From the NCBI GenBank assembly GCA_026770705.1, contig JANJGN010000026.1, positions 39,122,001 through 39,186,000 on the forward strand: 64,000 nt of DNA, given 5' to 3'. Shown here piece after piece: positions 12,515 through 25,220 of the stretch. A program made the translations under genes and the position numbers. Numbering within the stretch: position 1 is the first letter of the stretch; each line of letters starts with the position of its first letter. This DNA is from Isurus oxyrinchus. Lineage: Eukaryota. A model generated the notes under the pieces. It ran no database searches and was not told where the DNA came from. It saw only the letters and a program-made list of their open reading frames with translations.

Positions 12515-12812
12515 CACAAAAACAGAATTACCTGGAAAAACTCAGCAGGTCTGGCAGCATCGGCAGAGAAGAAAAGAGTTGACATTTCGAGTCCTCATGA
12601 CCCTTCAACAAAACTAGGAGAATCCAAGGAAGGGGTAAAATATAAGCTGGTTTAAGATGTATGTGTGTGTGTGAGGTTGGGGTGTGGGGGGGGGGGGGGG
12701 GGGGCGAGTGGGGGGGCGTTGGGTTGGGGAGAGAAGTGGAGGGGGGTGGTGTGGTTGTAGGGACAAGCAAGCAGTGATAGAAGTAGATCATCCAAAGATG
12801 TCACAGACAAAA
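12515..12812 (-). mobile_element. Penelope-like element tail insertion
   Basis: aaacagaattacctggaaaaactcagcaggtctggcagc tail; 12-bp TSD GAGGACTGACAG (12503-12514, 12813-12824). Confidence 0.75.
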
Positions 12813-13677
12813 GAGGACTGACAGAGCTGGAAACCCACAGCTTCCTTCTCATTTGGCCAGAGTTTATTTGTATTCTAGGAGTTACACTCAACAGAGTGTG
12901 AGTCATTTCACCCAATTCAGCTTTCCACTTGATAGAGAATTAAGGCTCAGGGAAGTCAGACATGCCTGAAACTAATTGCTGGGCAGCGAGTATCAAAGTT
13001 CCAGAGACTTTGGTGAACTTATGTTGTAATGTAAATTTGATAAGAGAGATGGTGTCTGAGCAGGAGTTTTGGATAGAATTGATGCCCAAGATCTACATTA
13101 ACTTCATAGGGACGTGAAACAACTAAACCACAGAGTCAAAGTGCAGAATTGAAATGACTGGTGACCTGGATGTTAACGCTGACCTCCCGGTCCTCGGCTT
13201 CCTGTTGAATTCGAAAGAAACTCAACTTGCACCCGGGGAGCAGAATCTCTTCATTTACACTTTTCTTTAATTTTCGGGCGGCAGTTGTTCATCAATCTGC
13301 CATTGACATTCCCTCCAGGCATATCTTTTGTTTCTTTGTTTTTTCCATTGTTCTTACAGAGGGCTGGCACAGGACCGACGGTCCGAATCGCCTCATTCTG
13401 TGATGTAATCATGTTATCAGTCTGTCATTACCTCACTCTGAGACCATGCACCCAAACTCTTTTCTCATTTAATCTCTCCGGACTTCCACCCGATCAGAGC
13501 GCTTTCCTCCCACCTCCTTTTCACTTGTTTAAAACTTCCTACGTTTCTAACCTTTCCCGGTTTTAATGAAAGGCTCTGGAGGTGATAGATGAGCTTTGTT
13601 TCCCTGTCCACAAATGCTGCCTCACGTGCTGAGTTTTTCCAGTTGTTTCCTATCCTGCCGCGGGTGTCTTACAAAAC

Positions 13678-13710
13678 TGTCCTGATGAGTGCAAAATGAA
13701 AACTTCGACA
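13678..13710 (+). ncRNA. Minimal type-I hammerhead-ribozyme-like motif (probably retroelement-derived, degenerate)
   Basis: TGTC-CTGATGA-GT gcaaa AT-GAAA-act-TC-GACA: stem I TGTC/GACA, intact core, weak stems II and III. Confidence 0.45.
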
Positions 13711-14511
13711 TCTCTTTTTTCAGCGATACTCAAGTTCTGTACTAACCAATTGACTATTTGGAAGCCTGAGGCAGGGATGAGGGGCTTTTATGTGAACAGA
13801 CGGTAGAAACTGCGTTTGTTTACTTGATACCAAAGGAGTTAACAGAAATATTTCGTTAAATTGCTCAAAATTATCAGTGGTTTGATAGAATAAGTCACAA
13901 ATAGCCGGTTCCACAAGAAGACAATTGGAAAATACAAGCACCCAGAATAAGAGTAAAAAACATAGAGAAAGATTCACTTCATTTATGACCCGGGCGATTT
14001 TTAAAAAATCTGGAATACACTACCGAAAATGGTGGAGGAGAAAGATGAAATAGCAATTTTTAAAAGGAAGTTGTTATAACTGGAAATGGGGAAATACGGT
14101 TTATGTGGGAATACGGGAGCCGAAAGACTAATCGGATAGCTACTTCAAGGAGGCATAGGCTCTTGATAGGCCGAATGGCCTCATTCTGTGCTCTATGATT
14201 CCATGATTCCGGTCTTATCATGCCGCCTCCCACTTTATTTGTTCTCAGTCGCTTGAACGGTGAGCAGAACAGGATGGACATCGACTTCTGAAAATGTAAC
14301 CATCGCTATTCCAACTCCATAGTTCATAATTTGTACTCCGATACTTTCTATTACTCTAACCCAGACAGTAAATAACTTATAATAATTGTCTTCCCATCCA
14401 TTGAGTCTGTACTAATTAGCCGGTGTGTTTTTCATGGATCATATTTACTCTGATTTTTGAAATATTCTACATTTATATTTTAGGAACACGTGTTGTTGAT
14501 TAATTGTTCCA

Positions 14512-14778
14512 GGGTTAGTCTGAATTAACTGTTCTCTAAGGACAGAGCAGAACACTGGGCTCTAGTTACTTGATAACATAAACTGCCCAACACTTTTCTG
14601 CCACATCCTCCATCCCGGGGAATCTCCGAGATATTTACTGAGCAGCTGTTTTGCACAAAGAGAACGAAACGGTCCATTTAAATGTCGCTGGTGTCCTTGT
14701 CTCCCCGACACCGCCGTGTATTCCTGTGTCATGGAGTCCACACCACTGCAGAGATGTAGCGGACACAGTCCTAAAACT
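14512..14778 (+). pseudogene. TRAV/DV: Internally deleted TCR V relic
   Basis: HPGESPRYLL ... KENETVHLNVAGVLVS/DTAVYSCVMES; RSS remnant cacacca...cctaaaact. Confidence 0.7.
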
Positions 14779-15668
14779 CACACTGAGAGTTCCAGTTGTT
14801 GATCACCAGCGGGACTCTCACACTGCTAATCGGAAGCGATAATTTAGCCAAAGATTCGCAGGGACCTGCCCAAAAGATCATAAAACAAAACATTTAACAA
14901 GAACAAATGAGGGGGAATTTGGGATTAAATTAGTTGATTGCAACTCGCATTTGCACTAAAAATGATCAGCGTAGGTTTACTTGCGGAGCAAGAATATATG
15001 TTTGTCCTTTGGTGCCCTTTCCGTCCCTACCTGTGATATTGAGCAGCTCTGTCCCCATCTCCCCTGTAACCTTCCCACAGCCTTTGAACTCGGCCTGGTC
15101 AGAGTGTGCTTCTGGGTCAGGGACTGTTCATGAACAATGGACAGATGTCATAAACCCCAAACACAGAGTCCTCCATTGCCCCCTGCTTCAGGATGTCCCC
15201 TTAATGTTGGAATATTTTATGTCTCCATTAACAACCCTGAGTTCGCTGGCGAAAATAAGCAAACGAGGATTTACTTCCCTAATCAGGTCTGGTCTCTAAA
15301 AGAGCAACGACTGCCCTTTCAATACTGTATCAAAGCTTGGGGTGTTTCCACTTACTCACAGTCAGCTCAGAACCGCCACTGCGATCAGCAGGAAATGAAC
15401 AGCTTCCTGAGACACGACAACAGATTTTCGAGGATTAGAATTCGTGTCAACAAACATGATTTTTTGCTGAACCGGTCCGATTGGATTCTGCAGTATGTTT
15501 TGTCGGCGGCTCCTGGAAACAATTTTATGACAGTTTGAATCGAGGTTAATGGTTTTCCTCTCGGGTTGTGTTTGAGTCTGACAGCGCCGCTGAACATTGT
15601 GGCTGCACCTGCCCGTGATTCTACACAAACCCCCAACCCACAGGAGCTCCAATCCACAGTCTAAAGGC

Positions 15669-15707
15669 AGTTTTGGTACAGGGGTCAGACTGCTTTCCAT
15701 CACTGTG
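15669..15707 (-). other. 23-RSS
   Basis: CACAGTG-23-ACCAAAACT. Confidence 0.95.
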
Positions 15708-16166
15708 AGTCTGAGAGCGCAGTAATACACGGCAGCGTCAGTCAGCCGCAGACCCGAGACGGTTAACCCGGTGAATTTATACGAGGTCCGGAGATCTACT
15801 GAGAAACGGCTTTTGGCAAAATCAGCTTTATCTTCATAACCGCTTGAATATTTCCTCAATATAAACTCGGGTTGCGAGTCTGGGTGTTGCCGATACCAGA
15901 GTAAAGAATAGCTGTTTGCTGTAGTATCATAGGTGCAGCTGAAAGTCACCGCTTCTCCTTCTGTCTTAACATCTGAGGACAGCGGCTGAGTGACAGAATC
16001 TCCGTGACTCAGATCTGAAAAACATTTTCAAACAGAACAAGGTCAGTCCAGCGGCTGTTTAAGATTCAAAATGTGTGTGGAAAGTTAGAGAAAATATTAA
16101 ATATACTGGATCGCAATTACCCGTCAGAAATGATCCCCACACAACCCAGATGCTGAGTAGCCGCAT
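15708..16166 (-). CDS. TRAV/DV: TCR alpha/delta V gene segment, apparently functional (leader 16166-16121, V exon 16014-15708)
   Basis: MRLLSIWVVWGSFLT|DLSHGDSVTQPLSSDVKTEGEAVTFSCTYDTTANSYSLLWYRQHPDSQPEFILRKYSSGYEDKADFAKSRFSVDLRTSYKFTGLTVSGLRLTDAAVYYCALRL. GT/AG phase-1 intron; C23, W41 and C104 present. Confidence 0.95.
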
Positions 16167-18823
16167 TGTCGCTCAGTTTTCTAAAAGGGCAGTTGGATAT
16201 TTGAAGACACCCGTTCCAAACCCCACCCTCAATAATCTGCTGTCGTGTCAGGATGTTCTCACCTCACATCCTGTGCCCCCAGTGGTGTTTTGAGAGCGAT
16301 AAATAGTAAGCTGCCTCGAAGCTGGACTACAGTCAGCGTCTTGATATGCGGGAATAGCTCAGATTTAGAGACCGGGAGCGGGGATGAAAACCGTGGTTGT
16401 TTATTGTAACCGGGAAACACAAGATTGGTCTGACTGTCAGGAGACCGGGAACAGTGACTCCAGTGAGATTTCTATCAAGTGTCAGTTCACTATTGTGCTA
16501 AGAATGATTCTGTATTTTGTCTCAGTGATTTATACATCTGTGATATTATAACGAGATATCTGTTATTACTGACCAAACCCAGAGAAACAGCTCTCCCTCT
16601 AATTTAAACAATGTTTCGAGAACCGAACCCGACTGAGGTTTGCATTTAAAACTGTGTTTAAAACCATGTGGTGAGCTCTGTCCTTTGTGACGGTCAGGGT
16701 ATATTTAAACAGCCAGCATCCTCAGACCTTGGATTTACAAGAGGCAGAAAAGAGATTGTGCCACATCGATTCTCTGCAGCTGTTTACACTCCCCTGTTTA
16801 TCAGATCGCGGGAAGCGGGCTCAACGCCCCCAGGGTGAGGTGCAGGGAGAATGTACACTGACAAGTGTTTAAGGCCAGCCTTACAATTCTCATTCAGATG
16901 AGGTAAAGATTTGGTGGGAAGAAACAAAATAAGGATGTTTTGAATTGTCCTTGGCTCTTTGATAACCCATATCCAGCCTCTGTACGGTAAATGCCTTCAG
17001 TAACCAGGTCTCAGGGTGCATCTTTCCTCCACAGTTTAGTATCCATTTCCCAATCTCCCAAACGTTTAAATCACTCGCCTTTCCCAGTGATTAGTACCAG
17101 AATTCAATCTTTCATTGTAACTTTGAGGATCATTCAGGAAGAGCGGCAGTGGAGATAGAAACAGAGAAATTGTTGAGAGTGATTAGTAAAGTAGAGGAGA
17201 AACAATCACCTTTAAGAGGAGGAAAGAAAATCTACAATAATAGTATAGTGCCCTGGATTAATAAACCATCTGATTAGATTTTCTGCCCCACACTCTCGTA
17301 AGTTTCTCAGACCACATCTGGATTGAAGACAATGAGGAAGAGACAGACAACCTCTGGATGACCGCTTCTAAATTCATTATCCCTTTGCTCTTCATCATTT
17401 CCCACAGCGTTACTGTTACTCTGGTGAAAGCGAGAAGATTCGATCCATTCACATTTCAATCTGGCTGAAGCAGTTGGAAAAATCCCCAAACGTTTCGTGG
17501 ACAAAACCCTGAGATAAATTCCCCAGGCCATAAAACTTTGCTTCATCCCTCTATCACATGACGCGTTGAATGGACAACACCGTGCATTTCCCATATCCGT
17601 CTATTAAGATCCCTATGTTATGAATATAAATACGTTCTCTTGATGATTCTCAACGTAAAATGTCTGCAGTTAACAGAGGAAGCCCATAAACACGATTTGG
17701 TCATTCTGTTTGAAATTTGTGAGATGGTTGTGGCTGTAATAGAAATGTATCTTACATTTTCATCATTGTTTGAATATTCCAGATGTCTCGGAGTAAAGTG
17801 TTCCTTGTTTTAACTCAATTGTTCCCTTCTCACTATGTTGAATCCCGTTTTTCTCTGTTCCCATGTGTTTTTTTTCTCAAGGTGATATCCAGTTGTTATA
17901 AATACTTTGTGTCAATTATTAGAAAAATATTCTAAAATATTCTCTGTGAAATTGCTAACAAATGTTGAATGCTGATGGACTAATTTGGACTTTGATTAAT
18001 TATTTCCTCCTGGTCTCCATCTCACCGTTCCATTTTCCTAATGCGTTTCCCTTTCCCTGACGGTTACTTCAGCTCTCCTAGCTGGTTTGTGTTTAAACTC
18101 AAGGCCCTTGGATGAAGGAGCCATTGCGTCATCCAGTGTCACTTCAGAATAAAAGGACTTTTATTTCTGCCCCTTTCTGTCAAACCCCAGAAGCAGAATG
18201 CACAGCGACCAGGAAATCCTGGCAAGTCTCTCATATTATGGGCTGCTACAGTCACATGTCAGGTTCTATTAAAGGGTTGAGCTCTGCTCTACCACGGCCC
18301 GAAACAGTACAGTACATGGAAGAATATACCTCCATCTACATTGTTGTTTGTTATTTTTTGCCTTTGTTTCCCATTATTCCCTTCAGCGTCATCCCCATTT
18401 TCCTTATTAAATCCCCGTGTTTCTCCAATTTTCATGTTTCCTGGTGTCACTGAGGATTCTGCAGGCCGTGCGCGCGTCCCAGAGCTTCAGTCAGTGTTAG
18501 TCTCTCTTGTGCATTTGTATGACACAGAACAGTGATGATCGCTTTACCGCAGTTCACTGCACCAAGGCCCATATGGTACTGGTTCCATGCATACGCTCAC
18601 CTGCATTAAAGAAAAGTATAATTGGGATAAAAAGAACAAGAAGAACGCGGCATAATTAAGCAAGAACATCATTCAGTAATTTGAGAAATCAGTGAACTGC
18701 CAGGAAAAGGCCATTTGCCACACATCACCACAAGAGGGAGCGCACACAACGTGTTTGTGCACTGCAGCAGGTACGGGCCTGCGAATTCAGTGGTGATGTT
18801 ACCAGACTGGTTATCTGAGACAA

Positions 18824-19049
18824 AACAAAAACAGAATTACCTGGAAAAACTCAGCAGGTCTGGCAGCATCGGCGGAGAAGAAAAGAGTTGACGTTTCGAG
18901 TCCTCATGACCCTTCGACAGGGTCATGAGGACTCGAAACGTCAACTCTTTTCTTCTCCGCCGATGCTGCCAGACCTGCTGAGTTTTTCCAGGTAATTCTG
19001 TTTTTGTTTTGGATTTCCAGCATCCGCAGTTTTTTTGTTTTTATCTCTA
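18824..19049. mobile_element. Palindromic Penelope-like tail insertion
   Basis: Perfect 93-bp inverted arms (18821-18913, 18919-19011) with a 5-nt loop; 16-bp TSD TGGTTATCTGAGACAA (18808-18823, 19050-19065). Confidence 0.85.
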
Positions 19050-20096
19050 TGGTTATCTGAGACAACTGGTTGAATAATCCGGCTCCTTGATTTGTATTCC
19101 GACCACGGTACTTGAGGAATTTAAATTCTACTAATAAAATAAACACCTGGAATTAAAGCTAGTACTGGTGGTGAAATGACACTGTTGGATGGTCAAAAAG
19201 TCCCAGCTGGCTCGATAATGTCTTTGAGGGAAATAAATCCAGCGTCTTTGCCCGAACTGCCTATCAATGGAAATATGGGGGACTCTTAACCACCCATTGT
19301 AATAGCCGTTTCATGCAAACTGCTATGAAAGCCATAAGCCAAATATGGACTGTGGATGTTCATTCGTGATTTAACTCTATCTCTCCCTCAATTTTTCCCC
19401 CTGAGTCTCAATCTGTTTCTGCCCCAAATCTCCCTCACAGGCGGGTTTAAAAACAAGTCTTTAGGCGAATGGGGAGCCAGGTGCTGCTCTGGTCCATAAT
19501 GTGCAGCCAATGCAAACAGCACAAGTCTTTCATACCTGGCCCAAATACAAAAAAAGGCTTCAAACACCCCGCCAAATAGTAAATCCTTCGTTTCCAAAAC
19601 GAAAAGCGGACGTTACTCATTTTATGTACTCGATTGAAGTACAGGAGAAATATGAACATTAAACGCACTGATGTGCTTAATGCCCATCACAAATAATAAA
19701 TGTCCATCCTTTCTCTACCCACTGGTTTCCAACCCAATTCATCGAGGGGGAAAGGTCAGTTTTTCACCCACTGCCACACCCTGTAACCGACCATCACCCT
19801 TTCCCTGGCCTGGATTTGACCCAGGTCCAACATGAATGAAAGTCATTGTCTGACCCGCTGCCAATTCATAAGATCACAGAAAGCGAATGCGACCTTAATG
19901 TCCCAGATCTCTATAATAAACACTAACTCGTGACTGCTTGAGTCACATCAGGCCAATCAGATCCAGTGATTTCAGCTCTTCCGATCCCATATCCTCCGGA
20001 AGCGACATCAGATCCGCCTCAGCCAATTGACTGAGCTTTCTCTTGTCCGACTTTCTTCAGGTTTCTGAGACACAAAACATCCCCGGAAGAGCAGCA

Positions 20097-20934
20097 ACGC
20101 GGATCTCCGTTCTCGCTGTGGTCTGGGTGACTTTCGTTGTCGGTAAGAAGTTTAAAACTTGAAAAGGGGATTTAATTTCTGGTGGAATAAATTTGAAAAG
20201 CGGCAAATTCATATTAACCATGTTTCGGATCTTGGTCGGACCACAATTGGATTTATTGTGAAATGTTCTGGTCTTCTTTAACACGAATCCAGCCCACAAA
20301 AGAAAATGGGGGAAAAAAACGAATTGCAATGTTGGTACTAGAATTCAACTGAGGTTTGCTGAGAGAGTGAGATGAAGAGTGGGGGGCGGCGGGGTCGGGG
20401 TGGGGTGGTGGGGGGCGGAGGATGCCCTTCGGGTTTCGAAACACGGAGTTGGACCATTTGGGCCGAATGAGCTGTTGGGTGCTCGAAATTATTTTTAATT
20501 TTATGTCACACTGGCTGTGAATTCTCGCTCTCAGTTCAGTTCAATTGACGTTTTAATCGCTAATTTCCACTTTCTTTAACCGTGTGTTCCAGATCTGAGC
20601 GATGGAGATTCTGTTACTCAGCGGGAATCCTCACGCACAGAGACAGAGGGAGAAGATGCCACTTTAACCTGCACCTATACCGACGATGGTTATTACTTAT
20701 TCTGGTACCGCCAGTACCCAGGCAGACAGCCGGAGTTTGCAGTCTGGAGGCACAGGAGCAGTAGTTCTGAATTTAAGGCGGATTTCGCTCAGAGCCGGTT
20801 TTCTGATACAGTCCAGCAGTCAGACAAGTCTACCGATTGACTATCTCGGAGTTGCGGCTGTCTGACGCCGCGGTCTATTACTGTGCACAGAGTCTCACAG
20901 TGATGGGAACTAGTGAAAGCCTCGTACAATAAGT
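20097..20934 (+). pseudogene. TRAV/DV: TCR alpha/delta V pseudogene (paralog of the 59.4-kb V)
   Basis: Leader 20097-20142 starts ACG where the paralog has ATG. V exon from 20593 has a 1-bp deletion near 20829 (tc-tac versus tcgtac). RSS CACAGTG-23-ACAATAAGT (20896-20934). Confidence 0.93.
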
Positions 20935-21764
20935 GCTGCAGTTTTCTGGGTCACAGCTGCTGTCTGTTGACGGCTGTTTATAACAGCGGGCTAGACACTG
21001 ACACGTGAATACATTCTTGTGAGCGCAGACGCCGCGCACAATCCACATAAACACCATTTAAAATCACTCACAGTTAATATTGATTCAGTCTGATTAATGT
21101 ATTAACTGTGTGGGGCAGAATCCTGCTGTTTATTTGGGAATGTCTGAGAACTCACCACTGCCATTGAGAATACAACACATGAAAGTGGACGGGGTCTATT
21201 TATATCCGTGCACTGCTGTTCATGAAAGTACTCACGGCAAAGGAACAAATGTTTCTTTTTTGGTTTGAACTGATTAAATATCCCTCGATGGTAAAGTTAC
21301 TTCTATACATTGAAACTAAGAATCCATAATATAAACAGACCCAAAGAGGTCATTTTCAAGACATGACTGGAAGCTGATGAACAATCATTCAACAAGGACA
21401 GGCTGGTGCGTTCTGGGCAACGGGCAAGGTGACCAGAAAACCAACTGAATACAAAAGATTAATTTTTTTAAAAAAGTGTCAGAAAGTTTGAGCACTGAAA
21501 GTACTTTGAGAAATCAAAACATACGCACACACGCACACATACACATACACACACACACAAACACAAACACACACGCACAAACACACAATCTCTTGGGCAC
21601 ATCCCAAATGTGCTAGCTCACAAAAAATAAATCCTTCGTGTTTAGAAAACGATATTCATCGTCAGGCAGAAATCGATTTCTGTGTGTTCTTCTTCTTTAA
21701 ATGTTCCATTTTATATGTTCCATTCAAATGTTTCTTTTGAACATTTTGAAATAGACAAAATTAC

Positions 21765-22570
21765 TGCAAGGAGCCTGAGGAATAAGACTGACGGGCTGAG
21801 GGCACAGATAGGCACGTGGGAGTATGACATCATAGCTACTACTGACCCCTGACTAAAAGAAGGGCAGGATTGTCAGCTCAACATTCCTGGTTATAGAGTA
21901 TTCAGACGAGGTAGAGAGGGGGATAGAAGAGGGCAGGAGTTGCAATGTTGACCAAGGAATCAATTATAACAGTGAGCAGGGATAATATCCTGGATGGGTC
22001 ATCGAATGAAGCCATATGGGTAGAAGTAAAAAAACATAAAAGGGGCAAACGCACTGTTGAGTGTGTACCATTTGTCCCCAAATAACCAGGGAGAGATAGA
22101 GGATCAAATATGTAATCAAAGGTTGTTTTCCTTGGAGCAACGAAAGTTGAGAGAGGACCTGATAGATGTGTATAAGATTATAAGGGGCATCGATAGGGTG
22201 GATAGGAAGGCACTTGTTTCCATTAGTAGGGGAGGGGGGGGGGTGGGGTGTCAATAACCAGGGAGCAGAGATTTAAGGTAAGAGGTAGAAGGCTAAGAGG
22301 GGAGTTGAGGAGAATTATTTTCATCCAGACGATTTTGGGAGTCTGGAACTCGCTGCCTGAAAGGCTGGTTGAGCCAGAAACTCTCGTAAGATTTAGGAAG
22401 TATTAAGATATTCACTTGCGTTGCCATAGCCACCAGGGCTATGGGCCAAGTACTGGAAAGTGGGATTAATGTGGTCAGATCATTGTTGATCAGCGCAGAT
22501 ACGCTGAGCTGAATAGTCTCCTTCTGTGCTGTAAACGGCTATGAGTCTATGGGTCTATGAATCTATGAGG
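21765..22570 (+). mobile_element. CR1-type LINE fragments (endonuclease start joined to 3' end)
   Basis: ARSLRNKTDGLRAQIGTWEYDII...; LFSLEQRKLREDLIDVYKIIRGIDRVD; terminal (tctatgag) repeats. Confidence 0.8.
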
Positions 22571-23523
22571 TGAACAAAGATAAACGAAACAGACAATTTC
22601 ACGAGAAATTATTGTGTCATTTAGCACGAGCACGGGATTTGGAATCAGACCTGGGAAGTGTTTATTCCATTTAACAGATAATTAATCCTGCAGGCACTCG
22701 GTAAAATCCAGGAATAATCAGTAGGATTCAAACCTTCATGGGGGAATCTCAATTAACTTTAAACCATCACCTTAACCAGCCAGACACGACTACAGTCCAC
22801 ACATACATGAATGATGTCTGTATAAAATCAGAGAATGATTCGAGAGGAAAGGGATATCTGGCCATGTCTTTGCACTTCCCCCACCTTTCCCTGGTCACCC
22901 TGTCATTTAAAAGTACAGGACAAGAATCTATCCAATTCACTTTTGAACACTTGATGACTGAGCACCCACAAGCATCTGGGACAGAGAATTCCAAATATTC
23001 ACCAGCGTTTGAGTGAAGAAATATCTCCTCATCTCAGCCCCAAATGGCTGGCGCATCATTTGGAGAATGTGAGCCCAGTTCTCGACGCTCCAGCCAGGGA
23101 GAAACAGCCTCTCAGCATGTACTCTGTCAAACTGCATTTGCAAAAAGCAAAAGTGGGAGAAATGTTACGGAGACAAACAGAGAGACTGCAGGAGAGATAG
23201 AGACCGAGGCAGGTATATCACTACAAAGAAAGACAGATAGAGACAGAGAGTGGGCTAGACAAAGAAAGGAGCAAATACACTTCACCATTCCGGAGTATTG
23301 TTAAGTTAGATTGAAAGACGGGCAGAAAGAAAATAAAGCAAGTCTGCCCTATCCAGTGGTGAATGGCGAAGGTTCGAAACTCTGCCGCATTTTTACAGAA
23401 TTATTATTTTTGTTAAATTTTAGATGGCACATGGTGGTGAGGAATCTGAGTTTCGTAAGTACACTTCCACCAGATAAAAACACCTGCCTGTTTTATCTTT
23501 CCCTTTTTTAGCGTCTTTATCAG

Positions 23524-23862
23524 ACCTGAATCACGGAGATTCTGTCACGCAGCCGCTGTCCTCAGGAGTTAGTACAGAAGGAGAAGCGATGACTTTAAAA
23601 TGTACCCATAATGCCACATGGAGGGGCAACTGATATCAGCATCAAAGCTGAAACAAAGCCAGCGCTCAATCTGATAAAATACCCAAACGACTCGGAAGAT
23701 AAAGCGTATTTCGCCGAAATCTGTGTTTCAGTGCACACTTGACAACTTGACAAAATTCAGTATTTTAACCATCTCCAGGCTTCAACTGAACAAAGCTGCA
23801 GTTTATTATTGCTCCCTGAGACTCACAATGTTAGAAACCAGTTAAACCCTCGTACAGCTACT
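23524..23862 (+). pseudogene. TRAV/DV: TCR V pseudogene (family of the 15.7-kb V)
   Basis: DLNHGDSVTQPLSSGVSTEGEAMTLKC...N*YQH, stops and frameshifts, AAVYYCSLRL; RSS CACAATG-23-ACAGCTACT. Confidence 0.88.
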
Positions 23863-25220
23863 CCCGCCAATTTGTAAATCAGAAACATTGCCTGCTGATG
23901 TCACTTATAACGGAGACTAGATGTGAAGGTCATCACAAAACAATTATGTAGAAAAGCTGTCAGGTTCCCGTGTTCAATGATAATATCAGATTTGTGTGTA
24001 TTTAAGCGGAGCACATTACACTGAACCGCCCACTTTCTCTGAAGGGAGTTTGAAAAGGTTTTCAAGTCAGGGTCACTAGAGCGCAGCTATCGTGTGGATT
24101 ATGAAAAAAAGAAGTCTGAAGATATTAACAGATTTAACTTTGCGGGTCGATGACTTCCCAACAGAACCTTATCACGAATGATACTGAGATAATTGACACG
24201 GACCAACCGACAGAGTCCCGAGTGCAGCAGGATGATGGGTTAGCTGTTGGTTTGGCTGCCGGGATGCGCTGTAGATTGAAAACATTTTTTTATTGTTTCA
24301 AGCTAGCAAAGGATAGCATTTCCTGCTCCCCAAACAATTTCCCTTGAGTAAATGCTGGTGAGCGCCTTCATGAGCTGCTATAATTTTCCTGTACTTGTGC
24401 TGGGATGTTCTGTTGGGGATGTTAGGGAGGGAATTCTGGGATATTGCCAGTGAAAGAACGGTGATATAATTCCATGTCAGGATGGGATGTTGCTTGAAGG
24501 AGAAATTGCAGGTGTTGGTTTTCTATGGTTTAGGTGGAAGAGATTGAAAGTTTGGGAAATACTGTCGAAGTTATCTTGACGAGTTTATTTAATCACGCAA
24601 ATTTAAATGCAGACAATAATTCCCTGTGGAAGCCTATGGTTGCCATGGTTCACTAATGAATTTCTGCAAACACAGTGATTTTTAAAATAGGTGTGTTGTA
24701 AATATTTCCAATGATCAATTCAGCCATGATCGCTGAGCGCATGAGGTGTCCGTACATCCTGAATCCGTCAAAAACCTCTTCTCCATCATTGAATTCATTT
24801 CAAATGTGGTATATTTCTATTTGCCGCTTTGTTGTATTCAAATTCCACAGGAGCCAGTGGCCGCGTATATCGTCTGCGGGGAGTCCTCATAGTCAATTGG
24901 GGCTTCGGTTCTGAAAGTAGAATAGCATTCACTGCTTTCCTTCTCTTTCTCCGCCTGACTGAATCGTTATAGGGCCAACATTGGGTATAAACCCTGCCTC
25001 ATTCCCTGTTGTATGAATCGGAGATCAAAAGAGCTGCGCGTTAATTGGATTAATTGAAAACAAAGGAGTTTTAAGCTGATTGGATGTCACCTGATGACGC
25101 TGTCAGCAATGATACAATCAGCAGCGATGCGGATGTCACTCAATCTCTAACCAATTCTTGGTGAAAAGAATTTCAGCTTCAGCCCGTTCTAGTCATATCC
25201 ACCACGAGCTCTTTGCAAGA

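Larger units (their letters stand above)
10456..13650 (+). repeat. Diverged tandem duplication of a ~1.5-kb unit (~10456-12060 and ~12122-13650), each unit starting with a tRNA-Pro relic
   Basis: Shared blocks include tttgtattctaggagttacac, ggctcagggaagtcagaca, cacagagtcaaagtg..gaattgaaatgac and decayed Penelope-like tails. Confidence 0.8.
18574..21270 (+). repeat. ~2.7-kb segment duplicated in inverted orientation at ~59048-61842
   Basis: Continuous homology through upstream region, promoter, leader, V exon, RSS and 3' flank. Confidence 0.9.

Noticed and set aside
18821-19011. Long hairpin as a miRNA precursor, MITE or CRISPR-like repeat
   Set aside because: The arms are the Penelope-like tail, seen unpaired elsewhere and attached to a GIY-YIG fragment at 36.8-37.5 kb; the DNA is eukaryotic and there is no spacer array.
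19388-19597. 69-aa ORF conserved with 60945-61154
   Set aside because: Explained by the inverted duplication; non-ATG start, overlapping frames equally open, no recognisable domain.
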